From Eledone cirrhosa (taxonomy: Eukaryota), in the NCBI GenBank assembly GCA_964016885.1, contig OZ024742.1, positions 324,694,001 to 324,758,000 of the forward strand: a stretch of 64,000 nt of DNA, read 5' to 3'. Shown in pieces: positions 40,191 to 53,556 of the stretch. A model generated the notes under the pieces. That model was not told the origin of the DNA and made no database searches. It saw only the letters and a list, made by a program, of their open reading frames with translations. Every line of letters begins with the position of its first letter. Within the stretch, counting starts at the first letter, position 1. The translations under genes were made by a program, and so were the position numbers.

Positions 40191-43100
40191 AATGTATGTG
40201 TGTGTGTATGCGATGCGTATGATGTGTTTCCGCATATCTCCAGTCTAGATATAGCTCTAGTTGAGGCTACGGAAGTGAATACCTTCCCTAAGTGTGTAAC
40301 CGCACAGTGTCATCAAACCTGCTACTACCTGATTGGGAAACAAATGTATTAACCATACAACTCTGCCTGCACACAAAGAAAGATTATGATATTGCATCCA
40401 CTCACAGATCTCTCTTATTATTGTTTCTAAATAAATCAATTTCCCTGCAAAACATTAAAAAAATAAGTGTGGGTGTTGAATGATTCTGAAAATAGTTGCC
40501 ATCACCAAAGAATATGACTAATGTTATTGTTCAATTACGCAATTTCTCGGTTTATTGACAAAGATAGATCACAGTTTGATATTTCTCTCGCTGTTAATTA
40601 AGACAGAGTCACTTTGAATTAGAATCACTGGTAACTTTGGCGCTACTACAAGCTGCAAACAACAAATGCTGAGTCAACAAAAATTCTGTTTCTAAAATAG
40701 ATATGGTGATTATAAGTAGTTTTCAGAAATTTAAAACATCCTCTCTGATAGTACCTACTATGCTTTATTGCTAACGGAAACGAAAATACATCTCGATCAT
40801 AAAGAAGTAAAAGAATAAATATAAAACACAACAAAAGTAAAATATTTCAAACAAGAGACATTTTAGTCAATTGAATAGTACTGTAGTTGCAATGGAGAAG
40901 TTTCAAAATAAAAACAAATATCATGTTCTGAAGGAAGTTACAAAGAGGTTTTTTTTTAATATAACAAAAAATACATTTGTCACAGTCATAGTGAAACAAT
41001 TCATATTGATGATGAAATAGAAACAAAAACGAAAAGAAAACTAAAGGGCAACAAATAATACAGGGAGAGACACTCACGGCAATATAATGAGGCGACCAAC
41101 TTGAAATGAGTAGTAGTACTATCATTAACAATATCAACCCATCATCAAAGAATGCAACATGTCTGCAATTTTCATATTGATTGTATCAGGTTATGTAAAT
41201 GAAACTACTGTCGCCCTTTGATAATTAGAGGTGATGCTTGAATTAATCTAAGTTTTGTATCGAAACACAAAAATAGCCAACCGCAATTTAAAGATTATAT
41301 GTCTGGATCTGGATAGATGAGTTAAACCTCACAAATTAAAGTAACCGACCACTATAGTTTGTAGACAGCCTAAATACTAATTGTTTAGATTTGTTTGACT
41401 TGCTTCTTTCTCTTATGTAACAGAAACATATCTGGTTCTGTCAGATCAAATAACAGAATCCCTTTGTTTTACTTCATTGGTATTTCTTTTTAATATTTAA
41501 GATGAAAAGAATAGCGAAAACTGTGATAAAAGCGGAAACAAAATTTATTTGCTGAATTTCATTATCGTTTCCGCATCAAAAATAATTTTTTATTGGTCAG
41601 TCTCAACTTTTTTGAGATATTTTAGTCTCAACTTTTTGGAGATATTTGTGTTTATTTTTCAAATGAGTATATGCTTTGTGTGAAAAAGTAATATGACACA
41701 ATACGGCATGATTGATATCCGATTACTGGAGAAAGATATATCTGTATATGATTACAACCAAATATCCTTATTCATGCAGAATGTTCAATTTGTCTGCGGC
41801 CTGCGCATGTCTTTCTGAGAGACAAATCTCTCACGCTTTATATCTAAATGATCTCTGCTATCAAGGTAACACACTGTAATCTGAAATGTCTTTAAATGAT
41901 GATGTCTGGAAATTTATGCCACAAGCCACTTCTTAACTCACCTATCTTTATTTCTTATGCGTTTTAGTATCAAAGACGTATAAACAATCTTGTTGAAAGT
42001 GGCTGTTTCATTCATTGATGTTCATCTGCAATTTCTCAGGTCTCTGAAAACACTATAACGCCAAAGATGAGTTGATTATATATCGCCTTGCCTTGGGGAT
42101 CTCTATCCCGTGGCCATTCTCATTGACGACATCGTGCAAAATGACTAACTCCCGCTTTTCCCAAGCAGCAATGCTGTTTGTACAGCGGCTGCTGCGTCTC
42201 GCAATCTGTTTTGTACATGTTACCGGCACATACCCATGTCCTTGCCCGTGGCTAATATACTTCTTGGTACCCTCTAAATTCTGCTTTTCGTTAGTTATGT
42301 TTCATCGCAAATATGATATTTATTTCGGTCAATCTGTGAACTGAATCCCTGTTTCCTCCAACCTCAAACGTTTTCACTTTTCAGCGTTCCCTGGCATATA
42401 TATATTAACAGATATTAATTGATGTCATACATTTTGAACAAACGACGAAAGTGTACATTCCGAGTCACATATAGTTACATTTCACCAACAAAAATAACAC
42501 TAACCTACTTGATATCAGGTTTATTTACAAAATAACATTTTAAAATGTTTTCCATGGATGTAGACAACCATTTGTATGTGTTACATTGTATAAATTAAAT
42601 AGTTTACAGCCATTCCAATTTGAATCGCTGTTGTGTCGCCTTTAAAACATATCATGATCTTACAGATATTAAATATAGAATGTTTCGTTTTTTAATGTAC
42701 ACTGTTTCATTTTTACAAACAGAGAACAACGCACTTCAGTCTTTCCAAAATTAAATAAACTGAGAATCTCTTGCCAAAATAGAGGCGAAATCTTTCTAGA
42801 TGTAAGAAAAACGCATAATCCAAACATTTAATGTATTTCTGTAGAGCAGACATGAAATACAAATTGAAACCTAACAGTGATTTTTGAGAAGTAAGAAATA
42901 AAATGATTTTATACGTAATGGCACATATTTACATTAAACATAAAACAGACTCACTTTCAATGGCAGTGTAATATATCATAATACCTCACCAACTAGAGAT
43001 GTATATTGTTACATCACATGGAAAATATACAACTGCTGGCATATATTGTGAAGAGCATGTAATGATTCCGATTCAGTACGGTTAGAAAGTACATTTCATT

Positions 43101-43914
43101 TTGTATTTCAATATATCATTATATACAGCAATTTGACGGTCAATTAACATCAAATGATGTTAAAAGAAAGCAGTGGAAATTTCATTTGAAAACAACACAA
43201 AAAAACGTTATTAAATGCAGTATAAATGCTTTGTCAATAAATTTAATCTTGTGTGCGTAGGTTGTATAATTCAGTTAAAGAGTGTATTGATAGCCGACTT
43301 AAATAAGTTACTGAACTCAGAAAGGAAATTATAAAAGAAATGTAAGCGGAAAATGAAAAAAAAAAAAGCATAAAGCACAAACAAATACATATAAAACTCA
43401 TAAAGCAAAATATAATTTGAAAAAAAAACAAAAAAAAAAAAACAATAGTGTAAAAATTATATATACAAATCTCTAAAGTATAATGGGATAAACGTTTTGT
43501 GTTGAAATACAGATTTATACACTATGAAACAAAGCATACACCCAACTTAAAAAACATAAATAAACAAACTTTCTAACTTACTCTTTACAGGCAATAAATA
43601 AAAAGCAAATGTTTGTGCAAACATATTTAAAACCAAATAAACTGTCAATGGTTATGTTTACCATAGAGTAACATGATATCGAGTGTTCTCTACAGAAGGT
43701 GGATATTGCAACGTTTGACCAAGACATTTAACTTTAGTATACAAAGCAAGAAGAACAATTGTAAGAGTTTGTATTTATTGTAAATGTCAAACTTGAGTTT
43801 GGCTTGTAAAACTACTTCCCTTCGTCGGATTACCGAATGCTGAAGCTGCTTCACTACTGCTTCATTACTGCTTCATTACTGCTTCATTATTGCAACAGCT
43901 CCAGGAATAAAAGA

Positions 43915-44135
43915 GAACCCATTACAAGAACAGATGTCTAATAAGGCCTCTTCATTCGTATTTAGGTCGGAATAGCCGTTCTTTCCATTCACTGTTTTTC
44001 ATGTTATGTGGTCAATGTCAACATGTGCATTGAAGCCACCCATTATGATATATGCCTCAGTCTTTACATCTAAAGTTGCGGTGACTTCATTAAGGCAGGA
44101 TCTATATTCAGACTCATATTTAGTGCATAAAATTG
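43915..44135 (-). mobile_element. RTE-type LINE APE endonuclease fragment
   Basis: Minus strand reads YIIMGGFNAHVDIDHIT*KTVNGKNGYSDLNTNEEALLDICSCN, matching the GDFNAHVG...N.NG..LL.FC..N motif. Confidence 0.7.
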
Positions 44136-44431
44136 TACCATCCATAGAGACCTATCTTTCAGTCCACGCATAAAGATGTAAACACTCCCCCCCCCCCTAA
44201 TGGGATCCAGTCCATAACATGTTTTGACAGTTGGGGGCTTGTGAGTATCTTTACTCCCACTGCAATATGGCTAGACAACAAAGGCAGTCATATCGTATCA
44301 CCTTTCACGTGGGTTAATAAGTGACACGTCAAGAATTAGGTAGGGGAGCCTGTTTCAAACATATATTGCAGACTCCATCTTTTGCTGTAAAATCCGGTCA
44401 AAGACATGGGAGGTGTGGGATTGACGCACAA

Positions 44432-44675
44432 AGATTGTGTATCCCGAGACCCCAGATACGCTTTTGGAAGGGAACAAACATTAACCAGTCAAACCTGAAA
44501 TACCACAACCCTTTATGGAAGTTGTATCTTTAAATTCATTCAATGAGATTGACACATAGAGATTGCATATCCCGACATGCCAGAGAGACTTTTGGCAGGG
44601 AGCAAACATTAACCATTGGAACCTGGAATATCACAACCCTTTATGGAAGTTGTACTTTTAAATTCGTTCAATGAA
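44432..44675. repeat. Diverged 128-bp tandem duplication
   Basis: agattg..tatcccga...cacaaccctttatggaagttgta...ttcaatga at 44432 and 44560. Confidence 0.85.
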
Positions 44676-45255
44676 ATTTGGTACTGTGAATTCAAGTATT
44701 CTCAAACTTCCAGCAGGTTATCATATAAACATACAATGTATTATGCTAGATGAGGTCGCAGCATGGGAATTGTTAAGACATTAGACTGGTAATCATTCCG
44801 TCCCGGGTTCGATACCTCTACGTGGATTCTTCGGTATCATCTACTGTAGGTTCGAGTCATTACGTAGCTTCTGAATGTAATTGGGTACACGGAGGCTGAT
44901 TGGAAGTCTGGTGAAATGTCTGGACCTGTAATTCAACAGGCCAGCCATATCACACACAAAGCCACTCTATGGAATGCTCAGACACACACACATTATTTTC
45001 ATGAGTAGGCTGTTCAGTTGAGGGGCATAGGCACATCTTCGTCATTATTGTAGAAAGAATCTTCCTTAAAATATATATTAAAAGAATATATATAAGTATC
45101 TCTTCTAATTCACAACGGTGTCCTTTCAATTACAATTTATTGCCTATGGCATATTTACTTATCCAAATAGAAAACGTTTGGTTTTACGATATACTTGTTA
45201 AATATACCTGGTGCACATATACATACATAAATACATACACATACATAAATATATG

Positions 45256-45318
<63 letters not shown>

Positions 45319-45340
45319 GTGCTCCACGTTTATATATGCT

Positions 45341-45390
<50 letters not shown>

Positions 45391-45857
45391 TGTGTGTGTA
45401 TGTGAGTGTGTGTGTACTACCCTTCATATACTTTTAGTAACTATATGGACACAATCGTGATGATTAAGCTTCTAGGAATTTTCCACATAATGTAAAATAT
45501 TGCGATGCGTGTATGTCGTATTTATTTGGCGATAATGTACCTTTAACTTTATTGAAATTAATTCGCTTAATTCTCGTACCGTCTTTTTTCAGGATTCCTC
45601 TTTATATTTCATTCAAATATCATATGCAAAATAACATATATTTTTTACAATACATTAAGGCACTACTAATGTATTGTATTGTATTGTATTTATACACACA
45701 AATGCGCACGTACAGATACGCACAGAAAATATGTATATATGCATATATGCTTATATACTCATATATGTAAGTATGCGTTTGTGTGTTTGCGTGAGTGTGT
45801 GTATGTGTTTGTGCGTGAGTGAGAGTGTGTGTGTGCTTGTATAAATATACATATATG

Positions 45858-45948
<91 letters not shown>

Positions 45949-46120
45949 ATATATATATGTATATAGACGGCGACACACATACGTACATCCACACAAACAC
46001 ATTCACCAAGACACGCACATATATTCATATACACATAAATATATACATACATATATATATGAGAGAGAGAGAGAGAGAAAAAGAGAGAGAGAGAGAGAGA
46101 TAGATAGAGAGAGAGAGAGA

Positions 46121-46166
<46 letters not shown>

Positions 46167-46626
46167 GAGAGAGAGAAATAGAGAGAGAGAGGTGGAGAGA
46201 GGCATCGTATATATGGAAATGTCCGGGAGCATTTTGATTTAGTTATTCTCGCTATTATTAACAATGCTTTTGTTTATCAAATATATTTGTTTATTCAAAC
46301 ATATGTAATTATTTACAATAGCTAAATGTGGTGTAATAGAAAAGTGTGCTTTAGGTTGTTCGTGTATGTCTGTTTTTATTTTATTTTCTCGTAAAGAAAG
46401 CGCAACACAGAATTAAGGCTATATCGTTTGAATTTAGGAAATGTTTACATCAACTTGGAAGTCGTATGCCTCATATGTAATTGCATATATATGCATAGGT
46501 ATGTACGTATGTATGTATCAATGTATGTATCTATGCATGCATGCATGTATATACACACACACAATCACACATACACACACAATCACACACACACATATAT
46601 CATACATACATACATACATACATACA

Positions 46627-46662
<36 letters not shown>

Positions 46663-46669
46663 TATATAT

Positions 46670-47085
46670 TGGACTTCACATGTGCTTTGAACACTGTGGG
46701 ATCCTGGCGCACGCTGAACAAAATGCCTGTCGAGAAAGTGATATCCTTGTTCGATCATTATACCAAAAGCTTATTATTTTTTTTATAAGCAGACAGTATT
46801 ATTGATTTAGGTGTCGCAGAAACCCTATATCGGATTATACAATCATTCCCCAGGGTCCGGGATATTTCAATCACATCTTATTTTTGTTTCACCCGCTTAG
46901 CTTGCCCGCTTTTTTGGCTTAGGTGGTTAATGGCATCTTAACCATAGTCTCAGTTTTGTATGGCCTTTTAACTTATGTTTATAGCTCTGGTATATTCAAA
47001 TCCATTGAGCACTCGCCAACACAATTCGGAAGTTGCCTTTCGCTAATTTCTACTCGCCGAAATGCGATTCTCGCTAAATGTATAT
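46670..47085 (+). mobile_element. TA-embedded repeat homologous to 18435-19098
   Basis: See the 18435-19098 entry. Confidence 0.6.
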
Positions 47086-47086
47086 T

Positions 47087-47126
<40 letters not shown>

Positions 47127-47129
<3 letters not shown>

Positions 47130-47931
47130 CACGATACATTAACGGAGCCATAGACTCTCACTATCCCCTGTCAGTAATGTGCTCAAAGGAGAAGGAATCC
47201 CGAGCTCTTTATAATATAATATGTTGAAAAGTTAACACACTAGAGAGAGAGATAATGGGCCATCAATCAAACAGGGAAAAACCACCAGTGTATGGAATCT
47301 ATAACCCATGGAAGGCAGAGTAGACACACGATAATTAAAAGTATAAATTAAAGTGTAAATACATACCTCGATAACTATCTAACACACACGTACAAATCCA
47401 AAGAGCTCTGTTTCGCCATTAAGTTGTTGACAGAAATGAATAGCCCATGGTTCATCAGCGTGTGTAATGCAACTCTAGGAGAATCTAAAGCGACCGTCCA
47501 GCCACACATGGGAGAGAGAAGTCACAGCGTGCCTAGGGCAGTAACCAGTGGCCTCTGAGGGACGAGCTGCTAGAAAGGGCTGCCCAAACATTCAGAGAAG
47601 TGTGCTCAACCAAACAGAGAGAGAGGAAATACTGTTATAAGGAGCGAAATATCACGATAAATTAACGGAGCCATAGACTCTCGCTATCCCCTATCAGTAA
47701 TGTGCTCAAAGGGGAAGGAATCCTGAGCTCTTTATAATACAATATGTTGAAAAGGTAACACACTAGAGAGAGAGATAGTGCGCCATCAATCAAACAGGGA
47801 AAAATCACCAGTGTATGGAATCTATAACCCATGGACACACGATAATTAAAAGTATAAATTAAAGTGTACTAACATACCTCGATAACTATCTAACACACAC
47901 GTGTGTTACTTTTTCAACATATTGTATTATA
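47127..47931. repeat. ~523-bp HHR-bearing partial tandem (about 1.5 units) with a short inverted arm (family R3)
   Basis: tcacgata.attaacggagccatagactctc at 47129 and 47652. 47902-47931 is the reverse complement of part of the unit. TA-flanked. Confidence 0.88.
47384..47465 (-). ncRNA. Type I hammerhead ribozyme
   Basis: Minus strand: ACACACG-CTGATGA-a-ccat...atgg-c-GAAAC-AGA-gctctttgga-TTT-GTA-CGTGTGT. Stem I is 7 bp. Confidence 0.8.
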
Positions 47932-47947
47932 TATATATATATTATAT

Positions 47948-48364
47948 ATATGTTTGATTTTGTATCATTCATGACACCCTTTACTTTAAAAGTAATAATA
48001 ATTGTTTCTAGATTTGGCACAAGGCCAGCAATTACGCAGTGTATTACTGCTACTTTATTTTATCGACCCCAAAAGGATGAAAGGCAAAGTTAACCTCGGC
48101 GGGATTTGAACTCAGAATGGCAAGGACCGTTATTCTATGCGTCAAAGCATGGCGTCCGACCCTCTACCGATGTAATAATAATAATAATATATATATAAGG
48201 TTAACTTTGCCTTTCATCCTTACGGGGTCGATAAAATAAGGTACCAGTAATACACTGCGTAATTGCTGGCCTTGTGCCAAAAGTAGAAACAATTATTATT
48301 ATTATTATTATTATTATTACTTTCAAAGTAAAGGGTGCCATGAATGATACAAAATCAAACATAT
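47948..48364. mobile_element. Inverted pair of SINE A copies sharing a ~45-bp 3' flank
   Basis: 47948-47995 is the reverse complement of 48318-48364. SINE (-) at 47995-48172, SINE 3' half (+) at 48198-48318. Confidence 0.8.
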
Positions 48365-48831
48365 GTCTTGTCTCTAAACACAGCTCAAGATAGAATTCAG
48401 AGAATAAAATCGAGCCTTAATCATTCTAAGAGAGTGATTGAAATATATTCATACACAGATAAGTGTACACTAAGACATATCAAAACTTAGAACTAGAGAC
48501 AATCTACACTGAAAGTAAGACCACATAATTCGTTGAGTATCTTATTAAATTTAATAAAAATATTAAAACAAAATACCTGATAACGATCAAATATTTTTTC
48601 CTTATACGTATTCTCCACAAAATCAGAATACATTTCACCGAATAACAGCGAAATTAGATATTTTGAAACGGATCATCAGTGAGGGAATTTCAAAATCATC
48701 TAATCTCAATCAATGCAGGGTTGAAAGTGGCTAAACGCACATGGTATCAACACATGAATTTTAGCACTCGCAACGACATGAAGGGTTCTCGTCCGCTAGA
48801 AATATATATATATATATATACCTAAATGCCT

Positions 48832-49131
48832 ACCTAAATATATTCTTACAAGAATATATATTAGGCTTCTACATAAACTGGAAACATTCTCCCAAACTTG
48901 TAGAAAACTTATAATGAAACAATTGTTTGGAAAGAGAGATATACTTTAACTTTAATTATATCTCATAAAATAATACAACTGGTTTTTCCACATTATACAT
49001 ATTGCTAGCACCCCAAACACTTAAATTGGGTTTATATTTTAATATAACCTAATGTTTGTTGAGTGAGATCGTTACCAGTCAGAGTTTAGCTTTAAACTAT
49101 CTCTGTTATTGTATTAATTATATATATATAT
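48832..49131 (+). repeat. ~290-bp dispersed block, copy 1 of 3
   Basis: Also at 53557-53827 and 54541-54845. Confidence 0.9.
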
Positions 49132-49390
49132 ACTCTAAATCAGTTATAAACATTTATATTTGTCGGACTTCCAACAAATTAAATACCATTTCTACTTATA
49201 TATATATAGTTGTTATATAGTTAGGTGCATTATTGGTTGTGTAAAATGGTCCAATAAATTTAAGTTAGCAATATTAAGTTCTACACGCTTTTGTATATCT
49301 CCAATTCCATTCAAGGGAACAGCTAGATGATTTAAAACGGAGTATAAGCATCAAAATGAAAATCCGAAGGCAAGGTAAAATTCCAATCAT

Positions 49391-49470
49391 TTAATCACTA
49401 CACATGTTTCAATAAGAGATAGATCGATTGTGAAGCCATGATCAATTATCACTGATCTCATCAGGTTAAA
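49391..49470 (-). ncRNA. Hammerhead ribozyme motif downstream of the PLE ORF
   Basis: Minus strand: ttaac-CTGATGA-gatc...gatc...GAAAC-A-tg-TGTA-gtgattaa. The core is intact but stems I and II are imperfect. Confidence 0.55.
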
Positions 49471-50964
49471 ATGAATTGTCTTCAAATTCTTGATATGAGG
49501 GAGAAAAATAACGATGTTCTCTCACAGAATTGATTCCCTCATATGGAGACACACCAGTCAGTTAGAGACAAGGCGACTGCTATTAACTTCAGTTGAGGTC
49601 ATAAAAGTTTTCAGATTTCTATCGCTGCAAAAGACGCTGGACATCAATCAAATCTGTAGGGATACAGTCAGTCACAGTTAATGTGAGTGGGTACACACAC
49701 ATTCCACACCCACATACACCGGCTCGAGGTCAAAGAAAAATATATACATATATATACACACATCAACACAGTATTAAACCTGTAGAGTTAGTGTGGGTGC
49801 GTACACACACACACTCACACATACCGAAGCGATGTCCGAGAAAAAACAAATATAAGAAAACAAATAAATAAATATAAAAATGGACCAACACAGCGCTCAC
49901 CGAAAGTTAGTTCACAAAACAACAGAAGCTATATTGGTCAAATCTCAATTTGACGATGTAAATTGGAAATATTGGGTTAACCAACGCCCCCCCCCCCACA
50001 CACACAGAGACACACACACACACAAGCAAGTAAGTTCAGTTCAGTGTTCTGCTATACGTGTATAGATTGAATTGTAACATCCATATCTTCAAGTGTATGT
50101 TATGGTATATACACATCCGAATCGTCCAAAAAAGGGTATCCCGCATATATACACATGTGAAGAGCAAGCAATCAGCTCATATGAAATTCAGTATGTACCG
50201 CTTTCCCAGTGAGAATCCGAGTTACCAAATCCGTGCGTGCAAGCAAACGCAATGTAGGCCAGCAAAGGACTCCGTGTAGGGTTGGGTATTGGGTAAATGC
50301 ATCCGTAAGTACGCTTTCCGTCATATGGGCCGATGAGCTTTTATGATAGTTGTTTGAGTGGTGGAGGTGTGTTATCCAACACAGAAGGTGAAGTAAAAAA
50401 AAAAAAAAAAGCACAGCATAGTAAAATCCAAAGGATGTGTGTAGGCCAATTAATGGTGTGTCAGTATTATTGTTCAATCCGTAACAGTGAGTGCTCCATG
50501 GTTAGAAGATCACGTATCAAAACCTAGTGTAGTGTTCAGTCGGTAGGAACGTGACAGTCGTAATTGTGGGAGCTCAATGTCTAAAGGAAACGGGTACGGT
50601 GTGTAGAGTTATGTATAGAGAGCGTAATCTGTCCTAACTAAATGTGTAATACGACTAGCTATATCCCAACTGAGAGAACTCAATGGTTAGGGTATCTTAA
50701 AGTAAAGGTAGGTGCGCGTAATTGGTCATGTCCGAGTGTGCAATAAATTACTAACTAGGTATACTAAGTGTGTAATCAATCTAACTATTTACTAGCTAGG
50801 TATTCTAAAAAAGTGCACTCAGCTGTGAGAACCCCGTGGAAACAGGCCGAGTATCGTTTGTAAGTGCGCAAACAATCTTAGCCGTCTAACTGCCTGAGTG
50901 TGTGACTGTCTGTTTATTGAGAGAACTCTATGGCTAAAGTAGAGAGAGAGGAGTTAGTGGTAGG

Positions 50965-53220
50965 TTACCTTCCAAAAATCCTGCGGAAGGTTTTCGAGGA
51001 TCTATATTGGTAGTTGCTGAAAAAATCTGCTCTCCTATTAATTAATAGGGGGCCGCCTCTAATAATATTAAAAGTTTCAGCTATACATAAATTGCAAACG
51101 CCAGTGCTGCCGTTATAAGGTTGGGCTGAGCAAACTATGGACCAGGATAAGGAGTGCTCTATATTCTGGTGTTTAAGCTTCCAGACTAATTCACAAAGTG
51201 CCGTGCTATTTTTTTAATCTAATCTATTAAACGTATGGCGGTGATTATCCCATCTATCCTTAAATTCCGTGGCAGTTGCCCCAACATACCTAAATGTTCT
51301 ATCAGGAGTGGAGACCTTACAGTTGTAGACTATGTTTTTGGTAAGGCATTTCCCAGCCATGGGGCAGGTGGCGGTGCTTCTGCAGTTACATTTTTTGTTA
51401 TCGACCTGGGTAGTTCCTGATGGACCACGGTACCTTTGGAGTCAGGTCTCAGTTCCCGTATGCTCTATGAGTAAATTCCCTGGGGTTGGGGAGACCCGAC
51501 TCGCCTCACGTGTATGAGTCAGTTCCTCAATAGAGCTGACATTGTTCCTGCCATGCCTAATTCCCTCATGGGCTGTCTTAAGTCTACTATAATTCATCTT
51601 AGCTATATTCTGAGCTATGTTACTAGTTGTGGAGTAGGACAGCTTGATGGTATTTCTATTGAATATTTTATAATATCTGTGCGATCTAGGGAATCATTTG
51701 TCTAAGGCCCTAAAGAAAAGCTTAGCTATACTAGTGGTCAGGCCAGTGGAGTAAGGGGGATTATACCACAGGACTTTTCTGGTCAGATGCCTTTTATTCT
51801 TACTAACTATATTAAAATTACCTGTCTCCCTAGTAGTTACTGGTCTATTGTAACTGGAAATTGTCTGTGGGCCGATGGTGTCCTGGGGTGTCACGATTGT
51901 GTTCTGAATCGTCCCAAGTCTCCAGGGCGGTGTATCCACCGTGCGGCCATTGGGATTACCCTCGATATCCGGGGTTGTACCCACTATGCGTCTGCTAAAT
52001 CTGTCTCTATTCCCCTTACTCGACCCTCGTTCCATACTGCGTTCAACGGTAGTTTTATCAGTTCCACAATTAAGGTTGCCATTAGAGTTTCCGCTGGCGT
52101 TACGTTGCTCAGACTCCGTGTTAGTTCCTGGGTGGTTGTTTCTATTGGTACCAACAGCATTGGGACTAGGCTGCAATACAACATGAAGTCTATATAAATC
52201 CTCCCTCTTATCACGCCTGCTGCTAACTAGAGTATCACTATTTAGGCCTAAGCTATCGCAGGCAATGCTGCTTCTACTATTTAATGGACGCTTGAATGAG
52301 ATTCCCTCGCTATGCCCCGCGCGTTCCAGGGCGCTATTATAGTAATTCGAGATCTTATTAAAGGTATCTTCATTGGAAGATAGTCCTGAAATTCTACTAG
52401 AGACGCTTTTGGTAATACCGTTAGTGACTATTCTAGGGTTGTTCGATTTTGCGTTGACATAGTTTAGATTCTCGTTGGGTTTGTGGTAGGGTTAGAAGAG
52501 TCCTGAATTGAGATTAAGTGTAACATCTAGAAAATTAACTATTTTTAAGTTCTCTTCAAACACTATACTTAGGTCTATGTTCTTGAAGAATTTGCTAAGT
52601 TTTTTCCTCACCCTCTCTACCATACTATTATTATGGAACGACACAGTAAATAAAACGTCGTCACGGTAAGCGCCGCCTCACACGTGGGGCATTTCCACTC
52701 CGAGACAGTCAAGGAGGTAAAGGCCCACCAGATCCGTCACCTGGGCCGAGTCCGTGGATCCCATGGTGATGTCGAAATTGTCTGGCCAATCCTTCCTGGT
52801 CCACAGGTTACCGTTGAATTCAATTAAGGTTTTCCTAGCTAGGAGAATAATGTTAATTTCTTCGGATGTAAGGTCGGTGTGTAAGCTAGCAAAGTTAAGG
52901 GCCCTACCTAGAAGAGTTGGAGAGATTGAAGAGTAGTAATTAGAGATATCAAACTGTATAAACTTAGTGCTATTCTTATTCTGCGATTTCTCAAACCAGT
53001 TAATTACCTCACTAGTTCCTGACCCCAATTTGAGCTTCGATCTCCTAACTAGAGTGGGGATTATTTTATCAAGGATGTTTTTACTTACGATTCCTATGTC
53101 CGACTTCGAAGGGGCTATCAGCCTGACAGGTCTTGATGATTCAAAGTCCAATTTATGGTCTTTCAGCAAAATCCTCGGAGTTCTAGGATTAACAACCCGT
53201 ACTGTATCGATTGGTCTATT
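50965..53220 (-). pseudogene. Penelope-like retrotransposon ORF (RT plus C-terminal GIY-YIG), 5'-truncated with several stops
   Basis: LKDHK...VRLIAPSKS, IQFDISNYYSSI, FDITMGSTDS, GGAYRDD, VNFLDVTLNL, WYNPPYS, CNCRSTATCPMAGKC, IVY...RYVGAT...FKDRWDNH, CNLCIAE. The CxC-x5-C-x5-C linker and terminal CxxC most resemble the Hydra-type C-terminal-EN PLE clade (from memory). The non-coding 3' region extends to about 49300. Confidence 0.92.
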
Positions 53221-53556
53221 TTAGACCATTCAAGGGAGTACCAAAGGGGCACAAAGAATTGTTCTTTGTGTACCACTGAAAAATATAGGATTTTACAAAA
53301 CTTGATGCCACTTCTGCTTGCCTGAACTCAAAGACCTAGATCTTCAGATGTCCTCACCTGAAATCACATCTGATCTGTAACTGGATTGATTTTCCTACGA
53401 TAACTCAACCACCTTGAACTCCTTCTCTCCTCTTTACTTCCACTACGGTTTTTTTACCTGCTGAATTCACGTTCTGTACTCTCGTATTCTCTTTTTCCCT
53501 TATCTCCCCTTATATTTAAACCTTTTCCTATGTCATTTATTTTCCTTATTTCCCCC
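53221..53556 (+). mobile_element. 3' fragment of a second PLE of the same type, in inverted orientation
   Basis: DHSREYQRGTKNCSLCTTEKYRIL, then (frameshift) ACLNSKT*IFRCPH. This is paralogous to AQPYNGSTGVCNLCIAETFNII...LINRRAD in the adjacent element. Confidence 0.65.

Noticed and set aside
42050-42344. Open frames of about 85-90 codons on both strands
   Set aside because: No motif or splice support, and the length is compatible with chance.
48623-48682. HHR-like motif on the minus strand (tca-CTGATGA-tccg...cggt-GAAATGTATTC-tga)
   Set aside because: Stem III does not pair and stem I is only 3 bp. It may be a decayed copy, but this is not supportable.
51440-52680. In-frame TGA codons in the PLE ORF as possible selenocysteine codons
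   Set aside because: The same ORF also has TAA stops and a probable frameshift, the TGAs are not at obvious conserved Cys positions, and I recognised no SECIS element. Ordinary decay is the simpler explanation.
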